64,000 nucleotides of DNA. It comes from Mobula hypostoma (lineage: Eukaryota). How positions within the stretch are numbered: position 1 is the first letter of the stretch; each line of letters begins with the position of its first letter. The notes under the pieces are model-generated. The model worked only from the letters and a program-made list of their open reading frames with translations, searched no databases and was not told the origin of the DNA. Shown here one piece after another: positions 50,380 through 62,179 of the stretch. The position numbers were made by a program, and so were the translations under genes. The stretch lies in assembly GCF_963921235.1 (NCBI RefSeq), contig NC_086106.1:53010001-53074000 (forward strand), in the 5' to 3' direction.

Positions 50380-52375
50380 TTCAAGATTCAAGATTCAAAA
50401 AACTTTATTGTCATTCTAACCATACATCAGCTCTGCAGGGCAGAATGAGACAGCGTTTCTCAGGAGCAGTGCAATCATAACATAACAAATGCAACACTAA
50501 ATAATAAACATAACAATAAATAGTAAAACACAACAGCCACATGTCAGTTAAAATCAAGTTATAAGTGTCCAGTGCAAGTTAAAAGTGTCCAAAGCAGAGT
50601 CAGGTGGAGCAGCTATTTAGCAGTCTGACTGCCTGTGGGAGGAAGCTGTTTAGTAGCCTTTTGGTTTTAGTTTTTATGCTCCTGTAACGTTTGCCTGATG
50701 GCAGAAGAACAAACAGTTCATGGAGAGGGTGTGAGGGGTCTTTAATGATGTACCGTGTCTTCTGGAGGCATCGACTCTGAAAGAGGTCTTGGACAGAAGG
50801 TAGGGAGACACCAGTAACCTTCTCTGCTCCCCTAACCACCCTCTGCAAGGCTTTTTTGTCGACAGCACTGCAGCTGGAGTACCAGGTTGTGATGCAAAAG
50901 GTCAGCACACTCTCAACCACGCCTCTGTAGAATGTAGTTAAGATGTTAGTGGGGAGTGATGCTTATTTAAGCTTCCTCAGAAAGTGCAATCTCTGCTGGG
51001 CCCGTTTCACAATCCCATTGGTGTTCCTGGACCAGGTGAGATTGTCCGAGATCTGCACCCCAAGGAACTTGATGTTTTCCACTCTCTCCACTGTGGAGCC
51101 GCTGATGCTGAGGGGTGTGTGCTCAGGCTGAGACTTTCTGAAATCAACGATCATCTCCTTGGTTTTGGTAACATTAAGCATCAAGATGTTATCCCTGCAC
51201 CAGCTCTCTAGGTGTTTGACTTCCTCCCTGTACGTTGTTTCATCATTCTTGCTGATGAGCCCCACCACTGTAGTATCATCTGCAAATTTAATGATCAGGT
51301 TCTCCTTGAATCTGGCTACACAGTCATGTGTCAGCAGTGTAAACAGCAATGGGCTAAGCACACAGCCTTGTGGGGATCCAGTGCTCAGTGTGATGGAGTC
51401 AGAGATGTTCCTGCCAACACGGACTGACTGTGTTCTCTCTGTCAAGAAATCCAGAATCCAGCGACACATGGCAGTGCTAAGGCCAAGCAGCGACAGTTTG
51501 TCCACTAGTCTCTGCGGGATGATGGTATTGAACGCTGAACTGAAATTAATGTACAGGATTCTGGCATAAGTGTCTTTGTTGTCCAAGTGAGAGAGAACTG
51601 TGTGCAGTGTGGTGGATATTGCCTCCTCCGTAGAGCGATTTGGATGATAAGCAAACTGTAGAGGATCCAGCGATGAGGGGAGGCTGGCTGTGATATGAGG
51701 CTTGAAAAGCCGTTCAAAACATTTCATCACTATGGGGGTCAGGGCAGCGGGACGGTAATCATTCAGATAGGTTACAACTGATTTCTTTGCTACAGGGATG
51801 ATTGTGCAGGCTTTGAAGCATCTGGGGACAATAGCTTGACTAAGGGAGATGTTGAAAATGTCTGTCAGGACATCTGCTAATACATCAGCACATTCCTTGA
51901 GCACACGTCCAGGGATGTTGTCGGGACCTCCCGCTTTTCGTGGGTTGACCCTGGCAAGGGTCCTCCGTGTTTGCTCTGGATCAATGATTGGAGCCGGCTG
52001 GTCGGATGGTAAAAAGGGACTGGCTCTCCCCCTTGCTGTAGTGTTTGATGCTTCGAAGCGGGCAAAGAAATTGTTAAGCCTGTCTGGTAGAAGGGCGTCG
52101 TTGTCATCAGTTTTCTGCCTGATCTTGTAGTCTGTCAGAGCTTTAATTCCCTGCCACATCCATCTGGTGTCACCTGTGTCACAGAAGTGTCATGTATTTT
52201 GCCCGCGTAGGCCCTTTTCACTTTCCTGATCCCCAGTGAAAGCGCAGACCTGGCTGAGTGAAGCGCACTCCTGTCCCCCGATCTGTTGGCCGTGTCACAG
52301 TGATATCCTCCGTGCATTTGGCTGTGTAGCTGATTACTGCCTCCGCATACTCCTCAATGTCTGTATGGTCATCAT
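50380..52375 (-). mobile_element. Rex1/Babar LINE, relatively young, 5'-truncated
   Basis: (TTGAATC)n tail; 398-aa RT ORF 50963-52159 continuing past one stop into 50600-50920. Confidence 0.93.
50600..52159 (-). pseudogene. Rex1 reverse transcriptase region
   Basis: [27 protein letters not shown] (catalytic D to N), [17 protein letters not shown]; nonsense codon at 50963-50965. Confidence 0.9.
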
Positions 52376-53690
52376 AGGAAATCTTATTGGAAGATCTGAA
52401 ATCTTATTGGAAGGAGCTCCTTGCATCACAGCTATCAAACTTGTTGGCTTGTCAGTTAATGAAACACTTGTCCAATTAATTTGTGGCAGGTAAAGTGTGT
52501 TGTGAGAAACTAAGGTATATGGGAAAAAAAATCAATGATTCAAAAAGTTAGGTTAATGAAAGATTTATAATTAATGTTATAAAATATGTGGCATATGTAA
52601 TTAAAAATGAAAAGTGTAACAAAATTTTATATGTAACATTTGAGTAGAAGACAAATTACATCATCGTATGTGTCAACATTTATAATTGGCTATTAAATAT
52701 GTTGGGACATGCTAATTAGCCATCCAAATAGAAGGCTAGTGTAATGAAATGATATTCTATGACTTTGAAGACACTTTACAAATTACAAATAATGGGGTTA
52801 CCAGGAAGATTAAATATTTCCACAATGCCAGATGTTCATTAAATGTGGGAATTTTATTGTTGGTGTTGAGAACAGCACAGCTGAAGTCTGGGAATACAGT
52901 CAAAGGCTGCATATGTAGTAGTGGAAATATATTGGATATTTTTAACTGCTGAATTAAGGAAGACAGTAAGAGACTACTACTGTTTGCTGGGAATAGAGAC
53001 ATGGGGGCTCTGCTTTCATTGAGATGCTGGCTGATGTGCATCTGAATGAAACATCAAACCATTTTGTTTCCAGGCTGGGAAGGTTACATGGGGGCACAAA
53101 ATATTTCTCTAAATATGGAGGGGAGTTTGTTGGATTTGTAGCAGTTCAATTAAACCTTTTTCATGTCCATTTGCAAAAGCAGATAAAATCTCAATAGACA
53201 GAGCAGTCTGATTGCTGCATAGAAATTTCACTCTCTATAATAAACGTTGATATGATGAGCTAACCTGGCAGAGTGAGCAATGTTTACTCTGCATACTCGG
53301 TACTGAACAGAATTACAGGTATTTTCAGTGAGATCATGAAATCTTCTGCTTCAGTACGGTTCAGTGTGCAAGATGTTTTGTGTAACATGTAAAAACATGT
53401 CTGTCACATTAAAAAAATTCAAGCTCCAGAATTACAGAATAAGCTCCAAGACAGAGCCCTCAATACCTCGCAACTGGATCCTCAATGTTCTCACTTGCAG
53501 ACCCCAGTCTGTTTGGATTAGCAACAGCATCTCGGGAGACTTCCGGTAGCGCTCATGGAGTGAAGTCGCGTTCTTGACTCGCTCCATTACCTCTGAGTTT
53601 TTTTTCTCTATGGTCAGCTATACTTTAATTAACCATTAAGGCATCAATTTTTACAATACTTTGAATTAAACTGAATTCTCTGACAATTGG

Positions 53691-54590
53691 ATGATACTTA
53701 GATCTGCTATGTCTAAGAACGGGAAAAACGGCAAGGATGGTAAACCTCCGGTTAAACTGAAAGCTACGGATCTCCCCCCGACTGAATCACCGGTGACTTT
53801 GAAAGCGATATCGGAGTTAATTCAGAGGGAAATTTCAACCTCTGTTAGGGAGATGATTCGTACGGAAATTGCAGGCTCTGTTAAAGACCTGATTCATACG
53901 GAAATCTCAACTAATTTCCAGAAAATTGCCGATTTAATTGATAAGATGCAAACATGTATTGCGGAACATCAGTCGGCTATATCTGATCTTCAAAAATTCG
54001 CGCAACAAAGTGAGCTTAAGATGGGGAAAATCGAAGAAACAATTAATGTAATGAAGAAGAAACTTGACTTTTTGACTTTTAAAAACTCTGACTTGGAATC
54101 TAGAATGCGACGGCAGAATTTACGAATGATTGGCGTGAGGGAAGCTGTTGAAGCCAATAACCCCATGAAATATTTCTCTCAACTTTTAAAAGATGCATTC
54201 CCTACTGTATTTCCTGACCAACCACCGCTACTGGATCGTGTTCACAGAATCCCATCATACTCGTCTAGGTCAGATAGACCTAGGCATGTTATTTTACGTT
54301 TTCATTATTTTCAAGACAAGGAGAGACTGTTTCGATTCGCTCGATCTAAAGGTTTCATTGATTTTTCGGATCTTAAGTTCCGATTCATGGAAGATTTCAG
54401 TAAACCAATCTGGGACCAACGGGTCCGTTACAGATCTGTGATGTCGGAATTCTATAAGATGGATTTAAGACCAGCGCTGCTGTACCCTGCACGTCTAAGG
54501 ATTCGCATGTTAGATGGAGCCCTTCGTTTTTTTGATTCTCCATCGGATGCCCAGAGTTATCTGGATCAACTTTCATCTTCAACATCTTAA
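53691..54590 (+). CDS. ORF1: L1 ORF1p (coiled coil, RRM, C-terminal domain), 299 aa, open
   Basis: Heptad region then DLESRMRRQNLRMIGVRE, LDRVHR, PRHVILRFH, FMEDFS, LLYPARLRI; alternative start ATG 53709. Confidence 0.92.
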   Translation: MILRSAMSKNGKNGKDGKPPVKLKATDLPPTESPVTLKAISELIQREISTSVREMIRTEIAGSVKDLIHTEISTNFQKIADLIDKMQTCIAEHQSAISDLQKFAQQSELKMGKIEETINVMKKKLDFLTFKNSDLESRMRRQNLRMIGVREAVEANNPMKYFSQLLKDAFPTVFPDQPPLLDRVHRIPSYSSRSDRPRHVILRFHYFQDKERLFRFARSKGFIDFSDLKFRFMEDFSKPIWDQRVRYRSVMSEFYKMDLRPALLYPARLRIRMLDGALRFFDSPSDAQSYLDQLSSSTS

Positions 54591-55309
54591 TTGCCTTTTT
54601 TTTAATTATCTCCGTTGATCGGAGGCTGTGAATTGGTTGGTTTTAACTTTTCTGTGCCCTATTTGGGCAGAAAAGTTTACTTTTGATTTCTTAATATGGC
54701 TGCTAAACTTTCTTTTTAACTGCGTCATTTCTTTCTTTTCCCAGGGGATTCTGGGTGGTTACTTCCCTTTTGTCATCTTACGTATTTCCTGTGCGGCCTT
54801 AAATTTTGTAGTTTTTTTAAATTTTATTCTGTTTTGCTTTTTATAATCACTTTATGTTAATAATCCTATTTTTTTTGTTGCTGTGTCTATTCATGAGTTT
54901 GAGGTTTATTGTGGGTTTTTTTTAATATATATTTTCCGGCTTTTGTTCTGTTCTGTGTGTATTTTAATTGAGCTAACTTTTTTTTACTTATTTTTTTACT
55001 GTTTTACAATTAGCTGATCCTTTTTATATTTATACCTTTTTTTTAGGGAGCGTATACCGGAAGTCATGGGGGTAGTTTTAGCGCTTGCTTCTTTCTGGCG
55101 GGTCTGCTTTAGATTTTGCCTTGGGTCTTGGGGTGGGGGGTGGTGGGAGGGGCTTCACGTTTTAGTTTGTTTCTCTTTGGGCTATATACATTATTGAAGT
55201 ACTGGTTGCGTCCTTTTCCCCGGTATCTTTTGTATGTTCTGTTTCCTCTCCGGGTTTGTGGGTCGCGCCTATTGTCAATCCTCCTTGCTGTGGGTTGACT
55301 TTAGGATTT

Positions 55310-58300
55310 ATGGAGTCTATTATTAATTTTGTCTCCTGGAATACTAATGGTCTTAATCATCCTATTAAAAGGAAAAAAGTTTTTAAAGTGTTCCGGAGAC
55401 TTAAAGCACAAATTTTATTTTTACAAGAGACCCATGTACGGAGGGGGGACAGACTACGTTTTTTCAAATTCTGGAAGGGGCAACAATTTCATTCGAACTC
55501 CAATGCTAAGATTCGAGGCGTCTCTATTTTTATAGATTCCTCAGTTACTTTTATACAACAGGATATTATCTCTGATCCGAATGGTAGATTTTTATTGGTT
55601 AGTGGTTTACTATTTAATAAAAAAGTAGTTTTGGTTAATGTTTATGCTCCTAATATGGATTGTCCGGAATTTTATAAATCATTGTTTGATCAGTTTCCGA
55701 ATTTGAACGAGTTTTCATTGATTTGGGGCGGAGATCTTAATACCTGTTTATCTCCAGCTTTGGACCGTTCGGCTCCTTTACGGACTTTACCTAATAAATC
55801 TGCAAATTTGATTAATTTTTTCCTTTCTGATTCTGGGTCGACGGACATTTGGCGTTTTCTGCATCCTCAGGAAAAAGATTTTTCCTTCTTTTCACATGTT
55901 CATCATTCCTATTCAAGAATTGATTATTTTTTCATTGATTCTCGTCTCATTTCTTCAGTGATTAAATGTGATTATGATTCTATAACCATTTCGGATCATG
56001 CTCCACTTAAGCTTTCTATTAAAATTATGGCCAATATACCAAACAATAGACAATGGCGTTTTAATTCGCTGTTGCTTCAGGACTCAGACTTTGTTAATTT
56101 TATGAATGAACAGATTGAGCTTTTTTTTACAATTAACCATACAGAAGATATTTCGGTTAACACTCTTTGGGACACTTTTAAAGCCTATATTCGGGGTCAG
56201 ATTATTTCGTATTCCGTTGCTTTGAGGAAGAAACAGAAGCAGGAGGAGATGGCAATTGTGGACAAGATTAAAGAAATGGATAAGAAATATGTTATGGCTC
56301 CTTCTGAGGAGCTATACAAACAAAGAACTGAACTTCAAATGGAACACAGTTTACTACTCTCGTCCTCGATTGTAAACCAATTAAAGAAAACAAGAAGTGA
56401 TTTTTATGTTCACAGTGATAAAATTGGCAAGCTGCTGGCTAATCAATTGAAATCTAATTATGTTAAATCTCAAATCAATCAGATTTATAACCAAAATGAT
56501 CGATTGATATTGGATCATGTGGGGATTAATCAAACCTTTTGTGATTTTTATTCTTCTTTATATCAATCAGAGTCTCCTCGAGATTCTAAATATATGAATG
56601 ATTTTTTAGATAAGTTAGACTTCCCTCAGATTTCACAGGATATGTCTTCTTTATTAGATACTTCCATTACAATGGATGAGATTAAGAATGTTATTTTTTC
56701 TGTGAATCTGGGGAAAGCTCCTGGCCCTGATGGGTTTACCGTTGAATTTTATAAATGTTTTGCTTCTTTATTGATTCCTTGGCTCTATAAGGTTTTTGAG
56801 GCTTCTTTGAAACTTGGTAAACTTCCGGAATCTTTTAATAGAGCATCAATTTCTTTAATACTAAAGAAGGATAAAGACCCTGCTCAATGTGCATTTTATA
56901 GACCAATATCTTTATTAAATGTTAATTCTAAAGTTTTTTCTAAGTTATTAGCAAATAGACTAGAAAAAGTACTTCCTTCTATTATTTCGGAAGACCAAAC
57001 GGGTTTTATTAAAGGTCGTTACTCTTTTTATAATATTCGTACATTGTTAAATATCGTTTATACTCCCTCACAAAATGTTCCTGAGTGTGTTATTTCTTTA
57101 GATGCCGAGAAAGCTTTTGATAGAGTAGAATGGCCTTATTTATTTAAGGTGCTTGAAATGTTTAATTTTAGCTTGAAATTTATATCCTGGATTAAACTGT
57201 TATATCACTCCCCTGTAGCCTCGGTTCGTACTAACTCTTTAAACTCACCTTTTTTTCCTCTCTTTCGTGGTACTCGACAAGGCTGTCCTCTTAGTCCCCT
57301 ATTATTTGATATTGCATTAGAACCTCTTGCAATTGCTATTCGAGAATCTTCAAATATTACTGGGATAACTCGGGGATTAAAGTCCCATAAATTATCACTC
57401 TATGCTGATGATTTACTTTTATATATTTCTAATCCTGAGAGATCCATTCCTGCTGTTTTAGAGTTATTAGCACAATTTGGTCTTTTCTCAGGTTATAAAT
57501 TAAATCTTAGTAAGAGTGAACTTTTTCCGATTAATAAACATCTTCCCTTATATTATAAATTTCCATTTAAATTGATTAATAATTACTTTTCATATCTTGG
57601 GATTAAAATTACTTGTAAACATAAAGATTTATTTAAGACTAACTTTTTACCATTAATAGACCATATTACTCAACTTTCATCTAAATGGTTTCCCTTATAT
57701 TTAACTTTGATTGGTCGTATTAATGCAGTTAAGATGTTTTTTTTGCCAAAATTTTTATATGTGTTTCAGGCATTACCAATTTTCGTTCCTAAATCTTTTT
57801 TTGATAAAGTTGACTCTAAAATTTCTTCATTTATTTGGCAGAATAAGAATCCGAGACTGGGTAAAATACATTTACAGAAAGCTAAGAGAGATGGAGGTTT
57901 AGCATTACCTAACTTTAGATTTTATTATTGGGCTATTAATATTCGACATATGAAATTTTGGTTACTTGACCGGGACATACTATCTATTCCTAAATGGGTA
58001 GCATTGGAATTACAATCTGTTCAGGGTTATACACTTGGTTCTATTTTAGGTTCCTCTCTTCCTTTTGATTCGAAATGCCTTAAGCTGGTCTCTAACCCGA
58101 TAGTTAAATATGCTTTGCGCATTTGGTTTCAATTCAGAAAATTTTTTGATCTTAATCAATTCGGGTTAGCGATTCCTATTTTAGGTAACATATTTTTTTC
58201 CTCCCTCTTTTACGGATCGCGCTTTTCAAACTTGGAAGACTAAGGGTATTTTACGGTTTTTGGATTTATTTTTAGATGGTTCCCTTATGTCTTTTGAACA

Positions 58301-59087
58301 ATTATCTAATACATATAACTTATCAAGAATACATTTTTTTAGATATTTACAAGTTAGAAATTTCCTAAGTACTATACTTTCTTCCTTTCCAATGCTTCCT
58401 CCTATATATATTTTAGATTCGATAATTAACCTTAATCCATGTCAGAAAGGTGCATCGGCTATGATTTATAATATTATTATGAAACTTAGGAAAGCTCCAT
58501 TTGATAAGATTAGGGTAGATTGGGAACAGGAATTGGGGCTTACCATTTCTGTGGATGATTGGGGGCAGATTTTACAATTAGTTAATACTTCCTCTATTTG
58601 TGTTAAACATTCCCTAATTCAATTTAAAGTGGTTCATAGAGCACATATGTCCAAAGATAAGTTAGCGCGTTTTTATTCGCATATTAATCCTTTCTGTGAT
58701 AGATGTTCGGGGCAGATAGCCTCTTTAACTCATATGTTTTGGTCTTGCCCTACTTTGGAAACTTTTTGGAGAGATATTTTCAATATTATTTCTAAGGTAT
58801 TAAATATAGATATCTCTCCTCACCCTATTACTGCTATCTTTGGACTACCTAAAATTTCTAGTAATCTTTCCCCTTCAGCCCGTAGAATGATTGCATTTCT
58901 TACTTTAATGGCGAAAAGATGTATTTTACAACATTGGAAAGAGCTTAATGCTCCAACTACCTTTTTTTGGTTTTCTCAGACGATTTTATGTTTGAATTTG
59001 GAGAAAATTAGAAGTAACCTTTATGATTCTTCATTTAAATTTGAACAGATTTGGGGACCTTTTATTCGATATTTTCATTTAATGTAA
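55310..59087 (+). CDS. ORF2: L1 ORF2p (APE endonuclease, RT, CCHC); single +1 frameshift at T7 run 58193-58199
   Basis: SWNTNG, LQETH, NVYAP, GGDLN, SRIDY, SDH; LDAEKAFD, GTRQGCPLSP, YADD; CDRC..THMFWSC. Removing one T gives a 1258-aa ORF. Confidence 0.9.
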
Positions 59088-60463
59088 TATTTACCCTTCT
59101 TGTTTTTTTTTTCACTGTTATAATGGAGGTCGGGATTGAGGACGTGATTTTAAGTTTAACTCTGTTTGGTTTCAAGTTAGCCCATTGCTTTGCTTTGCTT
59201 TTAGTTAGGGTTTAGGGGTTTTTTTTGGGGTTTTTTTTTTCTTTTTTTTCCATTGATATATATAAAATTTAGTATACTATTATGTTATCTTGGTTTCTTA
59301 TGCTTAAATTACATTGTTTGTAGTATTTTCTTTTTGGTATTGTTATCTTTTGGAATTTTATTATACTTTAACATTGTATTAATGTTTATATGGCTTACCT
59401 TTTTTGTATACTTACTTAATAAAAAGATTTAAAAAGAAAGAAAGAAAGAAAGAACAGCATCTCCTCCACAATCTCCATTAGCACAGATGCACCACAAGCC
59501 TGTGAGCTTAGCCCCCAGCTCTAATCGCTTTATACCTATGACTGTGAGGCTAAGCAGAGCTCCAATGCCATATTTCCTGACAACATGTCGTTGTTGGCTG
59601 AAACAAAGGTGCCATTTTCTCAACCTCTCACTCAATGTCAGCAAAGCCAAACAGCTGATTATCACTATAGGAGGAGGAAACCAGAGGCCCATAAGCCAGT
59701 CCTCATCAGAGGATCAGAAGTGGAGAGGATCAGCAACTTTAAATTCCTCAGTGTTATTATTTCAGAGGATCTGTCCTTGGTCCAGCACATAACTGCCATT
59801 ACAAAGAAGGCATGACAACATCTCTATTTTCACAGAGGCTTATGCAGGTTCGGCATATCATCTAAAACTTTGACAAACTTCCACAGATGTGTGGTGGAGA
59901 GTATATTGATTGGTTGCATCATGGCCTAGTATGGAAACACCAATGCCTTTACAGACAAACTTACAAAAAATTAATGGATACAACCCAGTACATCACGGGT
60001 TGTGTTAGCTCCACCATTGAGTACATCTATATGGAACGCTGTTGCTGGAAAGTAGCATCCATCATCAAGGACCCCCACCATCTAGGCCATGCTGTCTTCT
60101 TGCTACCGCCATCAGGAAGGAGGTACTGGAGCCTCAGGTCCCATACCACCAGGTTCAGGAACAGTTATTTCCCCTCATCCATCAGGCCTTGAACCAGAAG
60201 GAATAACCACTCAACTTCACTCATCCCAACACCGAACTGATTTCAGAACCTATAGACTCGCATTCAAGGACTCTCAACACATGTTCTTTATTTATTAATT
60301 ATTGTTATTTTTTTTCTCTGCTTGTATTTGCACAGTTTGTTGTCTTTTGCACTTTGGTTGTTTATCTGATTTTGTTTAGTTTTACATTGATTCTGTTGTG
60401 TTTCTTTGTATTTAATTTGTAGATACCCGGAAGAACATGAACCTAGTGACATGGTGACAAATA

Positions 60464-61565
60464 CAGTACTGTGCAAAAGTCTTAGGCACCTTAGATTTTT
60501 TATATAAATTTTGTTTCAGATGCTTACTTTTCTTGCCTTCTGCATTAGTGTCTTAGTAGACAGGAGCAAATTTTAAATTTCCAAACAATAATTTCCCAAA
60601 AAATTAAATGTTACAGAGAAATTTTTGTTTTTCATGAAAATAACATATTAAATAAAAGACTATTTTTCAAATAAAAACTTGATTACTTTGTAGGTATCCA
60701 ATCCAGTGTATGATTAAACAATGATACAAACAAGTGCTAATGATCAATGACATAATGAGTTGAATGAACTAAACTGATTAACTAAACAAACGGGTATAGA
60801 ACAAATCAAACTGGGTGAAGGACAATCAAACAAAAGGTGAAGGTGTGGCACATGTGGCAGTTTAGCCTTCAAATGATCAATTCTTACACCATGGCAGGAG
60901 TGAGCATAGCAACAAGACACAAGATGGTCATCCTGCATCAGCAAGGTCTTTCCTGAGCAGAAATTTTGCGGATTTTCAAGATGTGCTGTCTGAACTCTTC
61001 TGAAGAAACACGAAGAAACAGGCAAGGTTGAGGACCAGAAACGCAGTGGTCAGCCATGGAATCTGAGTGCAGCAGACAAGAGATAAATCAAACTGATGTC
61101 CCTTCTAAATTGAAGTAGTCCGGCACCTGTAAGCTCTCAGAAACTACTGAAACCCAAGTCCACCCCTCTGTAGTCCAGAGGAGTCCTGTCATAAGTGGTC
61201 TTCATGGAAGAGTTGTTGCCAAAAAGCCTTTCCTCTGAAGTGGAAACGAAGATGAGAGACTTGTCTATGCATAAAAACACAAGGACTGGGGCACTGAACA
61301 AATAGCAGCAAGTGCTCTGGACTGACGAGTCAAAATTTGAAATTCTTGGCTCAAGCAGGAGGCAATTTGTCTGTAGAAGAGTTGGAGAGCAATGAGTGTC
61401 TACAGTCAACAGTGAAGCACGACACAGGTTCCCTGCAGGTTTGGGCTGCATTTCTGAAAATGGCGACGGCGATCTGGTCTGAATTAATGAAATCCTTAAT
61501 GCTGAGAAGTACAAGCAGATTCTTATTCATCACACAGTACCATCAAGGAGGTGTCTGATTTGTTC
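60464..61565 (+). mobile_element. Tc1/mariner element, 3'-truncated, decayed transposase from 60891
   Basis: TA + cagtactgtgcaaaagtcttaggcacc TIR; MAGVSIATRHKMVILHQQG, QVLWTDESKFEI, TVKHDTGSLQVW. Confidence 0.85.
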
Positions 61566-61659
61566 AGAAGTTAATGTGCTGAGTGAATATTGCTTATCCT
61601 GCCAGAGTAATTCAGTGCATCAACATTCATTACAGAGGCTGAAATATCTGGGCAGCAAT

Positions 61660-62030
61660 AAGGACGTTGTCAACCCTATCGAATATTGAAAGGCCTAGAT
61701 AGAGTGGACATAGTGAAGATGTCTCCTATAGTGAGGGAAACCAGAACCAGAAGGCACAGCCTCAGAGAAAAACGTCCCTTTAAAAGAAATGAGGAGGAAT
61801 TTCATTAGAGGGTAGAAACTCTATTGAATTCATTGCAAGACTCTTGTGGAGGTCAAGTGATTGGGTATATTTAAAATGGAGGTTGATTGGTTCTTGATAT
61901 GTGAGGACATCAAAGGTTACAGGGAGAAGGCAGGAGCTTGGGGTTGAGAAGGATAATAAATCTGCATTGATGGAATGGCAGAACAAAATCAATGGGCCAA
62001 ATGGCCTAATTCTGCTCCTATGTCTTATGG
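61660..62030 (+). mobile_element. CR1 3' end
   Basis: YRILKGLDRVD..RTRRHSL..EMRRNF; tail gatgggccaaatggcctaattctgctcctatgtcttatgg-like. Confidence 0.85.
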
Positions 62031-62179
62031 GCACCCCTGCCCCCCAGCAATGCCAAAGATATTGCCTTTCAAATCTGGTGTTAAAATGTGACTTTTGCAA
62101 ATGGACATAAAAGGTTTCATTGCACCTTCTCAAAATAAATTTAAGTGAGTCCTGGCCAATATTTTGCAAGTTCAAAATA

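Larger units (their letters stand above)
53534..59452 (+). mobile_element. Full-length L1-clade LINE (~5.9 kb), nearly intact
   Basis: 11-bp TSD aacagcatctc (53523-53533, 59453-59463); 5' gggagacttccgg; ORF1, T-rich spacer, ORF2; AATAAA then A5(GAAA)n tail. Confidence 0.96.
53433..60461 (+). mobile_element. Rex1/Babar fragment split by the L1 insertion (53433-53533 and 59453-60461)
   Basis: NWILNVLTCRPQSVWISNSIS before the L1; continues SSTISIS..SEVERISNFKFL..IIKDPHHLGHAVF after it. Confidence 0.85.

Noticed and set aside
59204-59218. Telomere-like ttagggtttagggg
   Set aside because: Only two imperfect units within the L1 3' UTR.
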